DNA of 64,000 nucleotides from a virus (lineage: Duplodnaviria; Caudoviricetes), in IMG/VR virus record IMGVR_UViG_3300028887_000070, positions 1 to 64,000 of that record; one strand, given 5' to 3'. Shown one piece after another: positions 1 through 8,905 of the stretch. The notes beneath the pieces are model-generated. The model searched no databases and had not been told where the DNA came from. It was given only the letters and a program-made list of their open reading frames with translations. The first letter of the stretch is position 1, and the number at the start of each line of letters is the position of its first letter. A program made the position numbers and the translations under genes.

Positions 1-1297
1 TACCTTCCTTTACCTTGAAGATAACGATTGGGAAGATAGCAGTTTCTCCATGTCCAAGACCTTCATTCATAGCCTTGAGGAGATTCTTGGTAACCATTCT
101 TCCTGCAGGAGAAGTATCAGTACCAAGGTTAACGGAGCTAAAGGGAACTTGAGCTCCTGCTCTGGAGTGCATTGTATTGAGATTGTGTACAAATGCTTCC
201 ATAGCCTGATGTGTTTCTTTGTCTGTGTCGCTGTATGCATTGTCTAATGAAGTCTGAATAGTCTTCTCGAGATAAGAAACTATATTGACGTCGTAACTAG
301 ATACAATATTCTTCTCCTCAAGCTTCATAGCCATCACATGGATAGCATTGTAAGTAGGTTTTACCATCTTGGTACTGAGCTGTCCATCAAGGCTTTCGAG
401 TATAGACTTCTCCATCTCTGGGAACAACTCATTTAATACCTTCTGAGTCTTCTCTCCAGGAGTGATGTAATACGAGAATGCGAAGTTAAAAAGCTTGCGG
501 AAGTTGTCTTTGAAGTGCTTTGCAAAACTCTTCTCCACATACTTAGCGAGACCATAGTCGAGGTTTGGAATACTCTGTCCACCATGACAGTCATTCTGAT
601 CGCTCTGTATAGCTATAGCAGCCAATGCAGCTGCTGACAGTATAGTAGCAGGTTCTCTAAGGTATCCGTGGCCAGTATTGAAACCACCCTCGAGAATCTT
701 CTTAGCGTCTATCTGGCAGCAAGTAACAGTAAGGTCGTAGAAGTCAAGGTCATGTATATGTATATGACCATCTCTATGAGCTGTAGCTGCTGTACGATTG
801 ATACGATTGTCGAGATAATACTCCTTAGATACATTAGCTCCAATCTGAAGCATAGTGCCCATAGCAGTATCACCATTTACATTAGCGTTGTCACGCTTAA
901 GATTGCTGTCTTCAGAGTCCTTACCGAGGATCTCTTCCATACATTCAGCAGTCTTGTTACGGGTGTTACGGATCTCGTCACGCTTCTTACGATAGAGGAT
1001 ATACTCTTTGGCTGTGTCAGCATATCCTTTCTTGATAAGAACCCGTTCAACAAGGTCCTGTATACGTTCTACGTGTATCCTTCCAGGTTCATGGTTAAGG
1101 AAAGTATCTACCTCATCTATTACAGCATCAACGACATCGTCGTTCTTAGCATTGTAAGTGGGGTCTTTAGTAGGGTCGAATGATTGATGAGATGCTTTAA
1201 CCGCCTTTGTAACTGCAACCGAGATGTTTACCCTATTGAAAGGTACCACCTTACCGTCACGTTTCTCAACGGTTACATTCTCAAGATTCTTTATCAT
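1..1297 (-). CDS. nrdD: Anaerobic (class III) ribonucleoside-triphosphate reductase, N-terminal part (runs off window start)
   Basis: Not in ORF track; manual translation from ATG 1297 (SD GGAGG) gives ATP-cone VEKRDGKVVPF, then ENANVNGDTAMG, HIHIHDLDFY, TCCQID, FSTGHG and QNDCHGGQS. Confidence 0.93.
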   Translation of the reverse strand, partial: MIKNLENVTVEKRDGKVVPFNRVNISVAVTKAVKASHQSFDPTKDPTYNAKNDDVVDAVIDEVDTFLNHEPGRIHVERIQDLVERVLIKKGYADTAKEYILYRKKRDEIRNTRNKTAECMEEILGKDSEDSNLKRDNANVNGDTAMGTMLQIGANVSKEYYLDNRINRTAATAHRDGHIHIHDLDFYDLTVTCCQIDAKKILEGGFNTGHGYLREPATILSAAALAAIAIQSDQNDCHGGQSIPNLDYGLAKYVEKSFAKHFKDNFRKLFNFAFSYYITPGEKTQKVLNELFPEMEKSILESLDGQLSTKMVKPTYNAIHVMAMKLEEKNIVSSYDVNIVSYLEKTIQTSLDNAYSDTDKETHQAMEAFVHNLNTMHSRAGAQVPFSSVNLGTDTSPAGRMVTKNLLKAMNEGLGHGETAIFPIVIFKVKEG

Positions 1298-1322
1298 GCT
1301 AGAATTCCTCCTTTATGTATAT

Positions 1323-1334
1323 TATAAAAGGGTT
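1323..1334 (-). promoter_or_regulatory. Late-type promoter, AACC variant (nrdD)
   Basis: AACC-CTTTTA-TA. Confidence 0.55.
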
Positions 1335-1351
1335 AGAGGCCCTGTTATTGC

Positions 1352-2647
1352 TTACTGAATGGTGGTTCTGGACTTATTGAAGCCTCCATCTATAACACGC
1401 TGATCATTCAGATAGAGAGTATCAATGTAGATGACTATGCTGGTGATGAGTTTAGGAGGATATCCCTTTACTGAGAGCATCATAGTCTTCCAATTCATCT
1501 CAGTATCAAGGAATGCATCATCGCAATAGACTCTGATATCCATGAATACCTCTGGAGATATGAAACGATCCTTGTGTTCATTGATGAACTTGAGAAGTTC
1601 ACCCTCAAACAGCTCTCCCATGTTAATCTCGAATGGTCCTGGAGCATCGGCCTGGTAATCAGACTCTATATACTTTAGCCATCCCCTCTCATTCATATCT
1701 GGAGGAGGTGTACCCTGCTTGAATGCAATCATAAGAGCACCATCTATAGCATAAGCAGACTTAGTTTGAGTAGAATAGATCTGTTCTGTCTTGGTATGAT
1801 ACACATAAAGCTGCATACCAGGGAAACGAACGTTGATATTCATCTCTATACCGAAGTCTGTGAGAAGATGTCCTGTTCTGTTACCATCATCCTTAGAGAT
1901 AGACTCAAAGCCTACTCTAATAGGAAGGTCATCCATACGTACATAGTAGTCTTCTCTACCAGTCATATTGTTGAATCTGAAGAGAATCGGCAAAAAAGAA
2001 TGGCGATTGAGCCATGTAAGGAACTCTATAGGGTTCTTGATTCTGGCATTCTCACAATCTATCTTAAAACCAGCATCTGATGCCACACTCAGCATCAGAC
2101 TATAAGGGATAAGATAGTCGTTAGTAGCATCTCTGGTCTCCGAAAGACCTATTCTGAAAGCGAGTTTCATGAACTTGAACAGATCAAGTTGCTTTGCCCT
2201 TGTAGGACACTTGATTCTGAAGGTAAAGTTCATGAGTTCCATCTCCATCTTCATCATTACGTAACGATGATTGACTGGATCTTGAATGAATGAACGGTCT
2301 ATAGGAGTAGTGTTTACAAACATCTCCAGACCAAAGAGGTTAGTATCGATCATAGCACGATCATAAGTATCGTCAAGCTGACAAGACATAGTACATGTAC
2401 ATGTATCATCGCTTCCCTTAACGATAACTTTGTCCTTAGGAAGTCTTATAGTCTCTCCAAAGACATGGCTTCCATCGACAAAAAAGTAAGAGAAGAAGTC
2501 CTTAGGGAACTTCTCGAGGAACCACTTCTTCACATACTCTATACAGATAGCATGATTGTGAGATAGTGGAGCTACAGTGCAGTAGTGATTCAGGATATGT
2601 TCCTGCTTATACCTATGGAACTGTACAGGAGTGTATCTATGCGACAT
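1352..2647 (-). CDS. Probable virion structural protein (late gene)
   Basis: About 430 aa ORF; SD GAAAGGAG before ATG 2647; late promoter motif upstream. Confidence 0.5.
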   Translation of the reverse strand: MSHRYTPVQFHRYKQEHILNHYCTVAPLSHNHAICIEYVKKWFLEKFPKDFFSYFFVDGSHVFGETIRLPKDKVIVKGSDDTCTCTMSCQLDDTYDRAMIDTNLFGLEMFVNTTPIDRSFIQDPVNHRYVMMKMEMELMNFTFRIKCPTRAKQLDLFKFMKLAFRIGLSETRDATNDYLIPYSLMLSVASDAGFKIDCENARIKNPIEFLTWLNRHSFLPILFRFNNMTGREDYYVRMDDLPIRVGFESISKDDGNRTGHLLTDFGIEMNINVRFPGMQLYVYHTKTEQIYSTQTKSAYAIDGALMIAFKQGTPPPDMNERGWLKYIESDYQADAPGPFEINMGELFEGELLKFINEHKDRFISPEVFMDIRVYCDDAFLDTEMNWKTMMLSVKGYPPKLITSIVIYIDTLYLNDQRVIDGGFNKSRTTIQ

Positions 2648-2688
2648 ATACACCTCTCCTTTCTAGTAAAAATAAACTGGTGATAGTT

Positions 2689-2700
2689 TACTCAGATGTT
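2689..2700 (-). promoter_or_regulatory. Late promoter AACA-N6-TA
   Basis: AACA-TCTGAG-TA. Confidence 0.7.
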
Positions 2701-2725
2701 CGAGCTCTACCACCAGTCATTTTTC

Positions 2726-3160
2726 TTACTTCTGCTGCTGTTCTTCAAGGTTCTGCATGTAAGTACAGAACTCTTCATAACCGATTAGTCGGTCATAATC
2801 GTCCTCAGCAGGCTGCCATGGGACGAACTTTTCTGTTTCTATATATGACACTATCGCCATGAACTTCTGTCCAGGGAGTGTCTGAGGATCCTCCATCTTA
2901 TTGAATGATTCGTCGTAGCACTTCAATGTATAGAAGAGGATTCCATATCCCATAAAGTCTTGTGTAACATGAATCACTTGACAAAGTGCTCTTAATACTT
3001 CACCAGTGTCAGGATTGATAGTGTTTCTGTCATAGTAAGTTACAAGATCTCCCACCTTAAGATGGATAGGAGTTCTATCGTTACCCTTCTGTACAACACT
3101 CTTAGAAGCATTGTATACAAACTCGAATGGATTTGGGCTAGTCTTCTTTCTCGCTTTCAT
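2726..3160 (-). CDS. Hypothetical protein
   Basis: Last gene of a tightly coupled early operon (4750 to 2726). Confidence 0.7.
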   Translation of the reverse strand: MKARKKTSPNPFEFVYNASKSVVQKGNDRTPIHLKVGDLVTYYDRNTINPDTGEVLRALCQVIHVTQDFMGYGILFYTLKCYDESFNKMEDPQTLPGQKFMAIVSYIETEKFVPWQPAEDDYDRLIGYEEFCTYMQNLEEQQQK

Positions 3161-3593
3161 GTTTATCAGTTGATCTCCTTCCCTGATTGATCATTCTTTT
3201 GCGTTCTCGTTCAGTGATGTCGCCTGAAGCGTTGACGTCATCTATATGAACGTTCTTACGACGCTCTATGCCTCTGATGATACCTGAAGCGATGATATCA
3301 AGGTTACGGGTACTAGCATCTTCTATAATCATCTTTACAATCTCTACTGACTTAGGACCTGTAAGATACTGATTCTCTCTATGATCTTCTGCCTCAAAGT
3401 ACTCTATTGAGTATTCGTATGGTCCATGCATATAGATGATCTTTGATGAGTTCTTATCATCCTCAAAGATTGTTATCTTGCTAAACTTGATGATGTATCC
3501 TGAGTTAAGTAAGATAGTAGTGTTTGTTCCATCAACGGTCTTAGGACCGAAGATGGGATTGTTTGATGAGACAATCTGATCGTAGTTATTCAT
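3138..3593 (-). CDS. Hypothetical protein
   Basis: SD AAAGGAGA; operon context. Confidence 0.75.
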   Translation of the reverse strand: MNNYDQIVSSNNPIFGPKTVDGTNTTILLNSGYIIKFSKITIFEDDKNSSKIIYMHGPYEYSIEYFEAEDHRENQYLTGPKSVEIVKMIIEDASTRNLDIIASGIIRGIERRKNVHIDDVNASGDITERERKRMINQGRRSTDKHESEKED

Positions 3594-3614
3594 GGCACTA
3601 TGTCTCCTTTGCTT

Positions 3615-4322
3615 TTAGATGACTGGCTTACCGTCAATCTTGTTAAGATAGTATCCGTAAAGATCTTTGAATTCTCCATACTCTCCAGCAAACGGCCCAG
3701 AGTTCTCTTTAGCTGAGATCAAGATATCATCTATAGATCCAGTGTTTGTTGTTGTGTGGCAGAAATCATCATCGTAAGCATACTTCTTAGCAGCGAGGAT
3801 TGTAGCCTCTTCAGAGTCCTTTGCCTTTATCTTTACTGTATGATGAATGATCTCTTCTATGCAGACTTCAAACTCTTCATCGTCTTCATGAATGAAGTCT
3901 GAGATAGTCATGAATTCCTGATCTTCTGGAGCATCATGCTGGTTCTCGCAATCCCAAAGCATATCATACATCTCTTTACGCTCTTCTTCTGAGAGTTCTC
4001 TATAGATATCCTTTGGATCGCATGTGGTTCTTTCCTTAGATATAAGGTCTTCTTTAGCGAGCATACTTCCGCAACGGTTTACTATAACCTTGTCTTCAAT
4101 TGTTGCTGGCTGGTTTGGGTCGGCATCGCATCCTCTAATAGCAAAGTAGTGGATGCCTTCTGGTAATGTTTTATAGAGTTCGTTGAACTCTCTTCCTGTT
4201 GTCATAAGAACCTTCTTACCGAGTACATTCTTTACTAAGAACTCTTCCATGAAGATTCTTCTCTCTTCTTCTTCTGTAGGCTCTGTATAGCCTGTATTTT
4301 CGTAATCGAACTTATTCATCAT
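3615..4322 (-). CDS. LPD28-like plus DpnD/PcfM-like domain protein
   Basis: LPEGIHYFAIRGCD..PATIEDKVIVNRCGSML resembles LPD28; FEVCIEEIIHHTVKIKAKDSEEA...KY resembles DpnD/PcfM. Confidence 0.6.
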   Translation of the reverse strand: MMNKFDYENTGYTEPTEEEERRIFMEEFLVKNVLGKKVLMTTGREFNELYKTLPEGIHYFAIRGCDADPNQPATIEDKVIVNRCGSMLAKEDLISKERTTCDPKDIYRELSEEERKEMYDMLWDCENQHDAPEDQEFMTISDFIHEDDEEFEVCIEEIIHHTVKIKAKDSEEATILAAKKYAYDDDFCHTTTNTGSIDDILISAKENSGPFAGEYGEFKDLYGYYLNKIDGKPVI

Positions 4323-4503
4323 TGTCCTCCTGTTCGTTTTCGAGTATGGCGATCTTTCTGTTGACTTCGTCTAAACGTTCTCTGAGTGTATCCTGAGACG
4401 AAGGACGTAGGCACACTTCCATCATCACTTCTATCTGTTCTCTCTCATTGTAAAGTCTTGTAAGATCGCTCATATCATTTTCCTCCTCTGATGACTTTGA
4501 CAT
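4312..4503 (-). CDS. Small coiled-coil hypothetical protein (true start may be the internal Met at 4473)
   Basis: SD GAGGAGG precedes the internal ATG; overlaps neighbours. Confidence 0.6.
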   Translation of the reverse strand: MSKSSEEENDMSDLTRLYNEREQIEVMMEVCLRPSSQDTLRERLDEVNRKIAILENEQEDNDE

Positions 4504-4750
4504 TGTAAGCTATGTCAAAGTATGATTCTGGCGATGCGTCATACACGATATTGTATACTTCGAGTATGGAGCCGTCATCACATTTGGTTCTTGCTATCTT
4601 AAGGTTAAGCTGTTTGATTCCTATGGTCTCTTTCTCCCAGAAGGTGATGGCATCCATAAAGATAGTACCAATCAGTTCCTTCTTATCAGAAGTTTTCAAC
4701 CATTCGTCTGTGCTGTTCTTCTTGTACAGTATGTAGACTGTATCGCCCAT
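4475..4750 (-). CDS. Hypothetical early protein
   Basis: SD AAAGGAGG; first gene after an early promoter. Confidence 0.75.
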   Translation of the reverse strand: MGDTVYILYKKNSTDEWLKTSDKKELIGTIFMDAITFWEKETIGIKQLNLKIARTKCDDGSILEVYNIVYDASPESYFDIAYNVKVIRGGK

Positions 4751-4810
4751 TGTCTGTACCTCCTTTTTGTTTAGATTACCAGGAAGCCGAAACGACTTCC
4801 TGGCACTTAT

Positions 4811-4820
4811 ATAGTATATA
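4811..4820 (-). promoter_or_regulatory. Early promoter
   Basis: TATATACTAT followed by a 5' hairpin. Confidence 0.65.
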
Positions 4821-4825
4821 ACTTG

Positions 4826-5812
4826 TTAGAACTTTGATATGGCTCCACCGTTGATAGTGATAACGTCCCAGCTCTTGCCAAGATTGCTGTTAGTTGCTCT
4901 ACCAGTAGAACGGTCTATAATTGTTTCTGCGATGAGTTCTGGGTTAGGTCTTGGGTAGTTTGGAACTGACTGTCCAGTTGTTGTGTCAATTACGTCGAAT
5001 GATGCTGCTCCAGTAGAATCGTCAAGAACTACAACCTCTTTGATATTGGGGTTGTGCTCAAGAATCATACGATTCTGCTCTGGAGAGATAGTCTGCATGT
5101 AACTGCCATATCCAGCGTCTACAATATCTCCAGAAGGAGTTATCATTGTACCAGAACCCATCATACCAGGATTAGCGATAGTGTTCTGAGAAGTCTGCTG
5201 AAGGAATGGAGGAAGATTACCAGTGTTGATAGGCGTATTGATATATGCATTGTACATAGCTGCCATGCTTCTATCATCGTCTTCTGCCATCTGAAGTTCT
5301 TTAGTTGCTTGATAACGTTTCATCTCAAGTTCATGAGACTTAGTTGTTACAGCATTAAGTTCTTTGATAGCGGTTAGCTTGTTACCAAGGATACCACAAA
5401 TAGATTCTCCAAGGTTGCTGATGTAGGTATATCTACCTTTCATCTGCTTGTTGTTTCTGATAGCATCAAACTCATTCTTCAATTCGATAGCCATAGTATC
5501 CATCTGCTGGATAGTACCACGAATCATACCTACACCTTCAGCGTAGGTCATTTCATAAGGCTCGTTTGATGTGCAAAGAGGAACGTAAGGCTGTGCTTTA
5601 GGAGCTTCAGCAGGAATTGAAATAGTCTGAGTAGTTGGGAGCGCTACTGCACTAGCTGTCTGCTCTTCAGGCTTCTTCTTTGGAGGACGTCCTCTCTTCC
5701 TTTTTTCGGGTTCTGCTTTTGGTTCTGGTGCCGACTCTGCAGTTGCCGTTGGCTCGACAACCTCAATGTCAATGATTGAACTACCCTGATAGGGTTTTAC
5801 AGATTCAAACAT
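4826..5812 (-). CDS. Hypothetical protein with AT-hook-like motif and coiled coil
   Basis: KRKRGRPPKKK motif; SD AAAGGAGG; late promoter. Confidence 0.7.
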   Translation of the reverse strand: MFESVKPYQGSSIIDIEVVEPTATAESAPEPKAEPEKRKRGRPPKKKPEEQTASAVALPTTQTISIPAEAPKAQPYVPLCTSNEPYEMTYAEGVGMIRGTIQQMDTMAIELKNEFDAIRNNKQMKGRYTYISNLGESICGILGNKLTAIKELNAVTTKSHELEMKRYQATKELQMAEDDDRSMAAMYNAYINTPINTGNLPPFLQQTSQNTIANPGMMGSGTMITPSGDIVDAGYGSYMQTISPEQNRMILEHNPNIKEVVVLDDSTGAASFDVIDTTTGQSVPNYPRPNPELIAETIIDRSTGRATNSNLGKSWDVITINGGAISKF

Positions 5813-5837
5813 GAATTGTACCTCCTTTGGTTAAATT

Positions 5838-5849
5838 TATAAGAGTGTT
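5838..5849 (-). promoter_or_regulatory. Late promoter
   Basis: AACA-CTCTTA-TA. Confidence 0.7.
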
Positions 5850-5860
5850 GGCTGTATCAG

Positions 5861-5872
5861 AACATAATGGTA
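5861..5872 (+). promoter_or_regulatory. Late promoter of candidate sRNA
   Basis: AACA-TAATGG-TA. Confidence 0.55.
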
Positions 5873-6010
5873 AAGGAAGCATAGAACGGGTGGTGTTTCC
5901 TTTCATGGTGTCATAGTCCTCCTAGTTGCTAGTGATTTGGCTGATCATTAGTACGAAGACAATTAACCTCTCTAGAAGACTGGTAGGGTTCTTCCCTACC
6001 AGTCCTTCTT
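5872..6010 (+). ncRNA. Candidate small RNA with exposed anti-SD/anti-AUG segment
   Basis: Late promoter at 5861-5872, no ORF, 5' hairpin, CATAGTCCTCCT at 5912-5923, intrinsic terminator at 5978-6010. Confidence 0.5.
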
Positions 6011-6030
6011 ACGCATGGTTCGTGAATGTG

Positions 6031-6070
6031 TTATATTGTACCATATTGTACTATCTTGTAGCTATTGAAC
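6031..6070. repeat. Imperfect tandem 10-bp direct repeats
   Basis: TTATATTGTA CCATATTGTA CTATCTTGTA GCTATTGAAC directly upstream of the DNA polymerase promoter. Confidence 0.55.
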
Positions 6071-6078
6071 GAGCTCCT

Positions 6079-6090
6079 AACCATTAAATA
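6079..6090 (+). promoter_or_regulatory. Late-type promoter, AACC variant (DNA polymerase)
   Basis: AACC-ATTAAA-TA. Confidence 0.55.
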
Positions 6091-6141
6091 ATCAAGTAAT
6101 CGTACGTGTTTGGGACGATTACGTTCAAAGGAGGACTTTCA

Positions 6142-8142
6142 ATGATACAGATAGGAAACTACCCTTTGCAATACGACTTATCTCTATTGCAGACAATCTA
6201 TCATAGACCAAAGAAGAACAAGAACGGTACATACAGTGACATTCCAGACTCAATGGATCTTGTAATCAAGGACAATGTGAGTGGTGAGAAGTTCATTGAG
6301 ACTATAGAGAATCCAGAGTATACTTGGTATAAGATAAAGAACGAGGTATACATAGACTACAATCTTGCTTTCATAGAGAAAGAGAAGTGTGATGCGATAA
6401 CTGTTCCATATAGAAGACTTCTTAAGAGCATAGCAGAAGCAACTGGTAATGAGACATTCTACGACACCAATGCGGAGAATGGAGATTATAAGAACAATCA
6501 GAGACTTCATGAACATGTAAGAGTCATGGGTTCAGATATGAACATCGAAGACTTCTATAGATTTCAGTTCGGTGAGTCTTATAAGAATGCATTCGGACCG
6601 ATAGATAAGAGCTATCTCGATATCGAGGTTGACTCTAGAACAGCTAAGGGTGACTTCGTAGAACCAGGTGAGTGTCCAATCAATGCAGTGACATTCATAG
6701 ACGATAGAACTCAGACAGTATTCACCTTACTTCTTAGAGATCCATACAATCCCTTATGTCTGGAGTTCGAGAAGTTATTGAACAGTGGCGGATTTGAAGC
6801 AATAGCTAAAGACTTTGTTATCAATGCTGTTGGTGGAATGGAGAAAGCTAAGAAGTATCGTGTAGATACTCTTCAGTTCTCAACGGTTATGTATACTGAC
6901 GAGAAGGAGTTGATTAAGACTCTGTTCGATGTAATCAACAAGCTTGAACCAGACTTCTTGTTGGCATGGAACATGGCGTTCGATATCCCATACATCATCG
7001 AAAGATGTAAGAAGTTAGAGATGAAACCTGAAAAGGTGATGTGTCATCCAGACTTCAGATACAAGGAAGTTAGTTACTTTATCGATGATAAGAACTATAA
7101 TGAGTTTGCTGAGAGAAACGACTACTGTAAGATAAGTAGTAAGACAGTATACTTAGATCAGCTCATTCATTTCGCTAGTAGACGTAAGGGACGTTCAGCA
7201 ATCCCGAATTTCAGACTCGATAGTATAGCAGAGATGACAGTAGGCTTCGGTAAGCTTGACTATCATCACATCTGTGAGAAGCTTGAAGATCTTCCACAGA
7301 AGGACTATCTTACATTCGTACTGTACAATATCATGGACGTTATCTCTCAGTACTGTATCGAGAACAAGGTGAACGATGTAGGTAATGCATACAACAACGT
7401 TCTTCTGAACAACACTCGTATCAGTAAGATATATCGCCAGACGGTATACCTGAAGAATAGAGCCTTTAAGTCATACTGGAGACAGGGCTTCATCATGGGT
7501 AACAACAATAACAAGAATAACACCAAGACGAAGTTCCCAGGTGCTTGGGTATCTGACCCGACAAAGCTTGGACCTTACTCTAAGATGATAGTGAACGGTA
7601 AGCCTATCATGGTATTCAGAAACCTGAACGACTATGACTATAAGAGCCTTTACCCATCTATCACATCAGAACTCAATCTTGCAGCTAACACAATCATTGC
7701 TCGTATCATCATACCTGATCAGGTATATAAGAACGAGAACAGGTTTGCAAGAGAGGATTACAAGTATAAGAGAGAAGGACAGTTCCTTGAGGATTATCAG
7801 TCTCATCAGTGGCTTGAGTTCTATCATAGATGGTTCCATCTCGCTTCATATGAAGAGATGTATGATGATGTCATAACCTACTTCTCAGATATTGTACATC
7901 CGAGAGGTAAGCTTGATCTTCATTGTACAGAGGGAAGATATCTGTTCTATAAGGTACCGAACAGTACTACTCAGACATCTCCATTTGTTCCAAAGTGGGA
8001 GCAGAATGTGATGGATGAGAAAACTGAGTATCCACATAAGCAGTTCCCATTCAATGATGAAGTCAGAACTTTCTCAGAGTTCTATAACGAGATAGAGTCA
8101 AGAGAGGAGAACTGTTATAGTAGAGAGGTAGTAGAGGTATGA
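6142..8142 (+). CDS. Family B DNA polymerase, N-terminal subunit (3'-5' exonuclease plus motif A) of a split polymerase
   Basis: ExoI YLDIEV, ExoII AWNMAFDIPYI, ExoIII YNIMDV, motif A DYKSLYPS; motifs B and C absent; SD AAGGAGG before ATG 6142. Confidence 0.9.
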   Translation: MIQIGNYPLQYDLSLLQTIYHRPKKNKNGTYSDIPDSMDLVIKDNVSGEKFIETIENPEYTWYKIKNEVYIDYNLAFIEKEKCDAITVPYRRLLKSIAEATGNETFYDTNAENGDYKNNQRLHEHVRVMGSDMNIEDFYRFQFGESYKNAFGPIDKSYLDIEVDSRTAKGDFVEPGECPINAVTFIDDRTQTVFTLLLRDPYNPLCLEFEKLLNSGGFEAIAKDFVINAVGGMEKAKKYRVDTLQFSTVMYTDEKELIKTLFDVINKLEPDFLLAWNMAFDIPYIIERCKKLEMKPEKVMCHPDFRYKEVSYFIDDKNYNEFAERNDYCKISSKTVYLDQLIHFASRRKGRSAIPNFRLDSIAEMTVGFGKLDYHHICEKLEDLPQKDYLTFVLYNIMDVISQYCIENKVNDVGNAYNNVLLNNTRISKIYRQTVYLKNRAFKSYWRQGFIMGNNNNKNNTKTKFPGAWVSDPTKLGPYSKMIVNGKPIMVFRNLNDYDYKSLYPSITSELNLAANTIIARIIIPDQVYKNENRFAREDYKYKREGQFLEDYQSHQWLEFYHRWFHLASYEEMYDDVITYFSDIVHPRGKLDLHCTEGRYLFYKVPNSTTQTSPFVPKWEQNVMDEKTEYPHKQFPFNDEVRTFSEFYNEIESREENCYSREVVEV

Positions 8143-8825
8143 GTATATTAGAGATACTCGAGGCTATGAAGAACGTCATAGCCTTGATGAAGGGTAAGGC
8201 AGGAGACGCATTATACTTCCACAAGGATATCATGAGTGGAGAGATGTATGCGTATCTTATAGTAGGTAACAACTACATTCGTTACACAAGAGATGCAATC
8301 ATACCAGAGTTCGATCAGTTCAATGAGCAAATCTTTCTGGTAGATGTGTTAGCATCATTAGAACAAGTAGAAGAGAGTCAGAGAATGTTGAAGTTCGCAG
8401 AGTGCTACATTCCAGGTAAAGGTCTGTTAGTATTCGGAAAGACATCAGTATCGGATTATGTGGCAGATGCTCGTTATCGTGACTTAATGGTAACAGTGAA
8501 TGCTGTACTTAGATACATGAACGACCCAGAAGGAGTTGTATCAGCGTACAGAGACTTCCAAGCAACTCCACAATGGGATACGTATATAAACCTTAAAGCA
8601 TCTGACGGAGCAAAATATGTCAATGTTGATGGTAAATATACAATGTATCTCTTCAGTGGTGTAGTACCAACAATGAAGAATGACCAAGTCAATCTTCTTA
8701 TCTTAGATAATCCTAAGTATAGTTTCTTCATGACAGACTTTGAAGTGACAAAGTGGAAGATAACTAAGAAGGAGACTAAGAGAATATATACATACAACTG
8801 TATCGTTTGTTTCTTCAAGATATGA
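8139..8825 (+). CDS. Hypothetical protein translationally coupled to the DNA polymerase gene
   Basis: ATGA overlap with the polymerase stop; followed by a terminator. Confidence 0.75.
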   Translation: MSILEILEAMKNVIALMKGKAGDALYFHKDIMSGEMYAYLIVGNNYIRYTRDAIIPEFDQFNEQIFLVDVLASLEQVEESQRMLKFAECYIPGKGLLVFGKTSVSDYVADARYRDLMVTVNAVLRYMNDPEGVVSAYRDFQATPQWDTYINLKASDGAKYVNVDGKYTMYLFSGVVPTMKNDQVNLLILDNPKYSFFMTDFEVTKWKITKKETKRIYTYNCIVCFFKI

Positions 8826-8873
8826 GATTAGTCCCAGAGAGGTCTACTCTCTGGGCTATTCTTTGTCTCACGA

Positions 8874-8885
8874 AACATTATAGTA
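8874..8885 (+). promoter_or_regulatory. Late promoter (portal)
   Basis: AACA-TTATAG-TA. Confidence 0.75.
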
Positions 8886-8905
8886 ACTTGAAAGGAGGAG
8901 TTATA

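Noticed and set aside
668-1183. Numerous opposite-strand ORFs in the track (e.g. 668-1183, 9344-10138, 53692-54570)
   Set aside because: Shadow ORFs antisense to well-supported genes, without SD or recognisable motifs.
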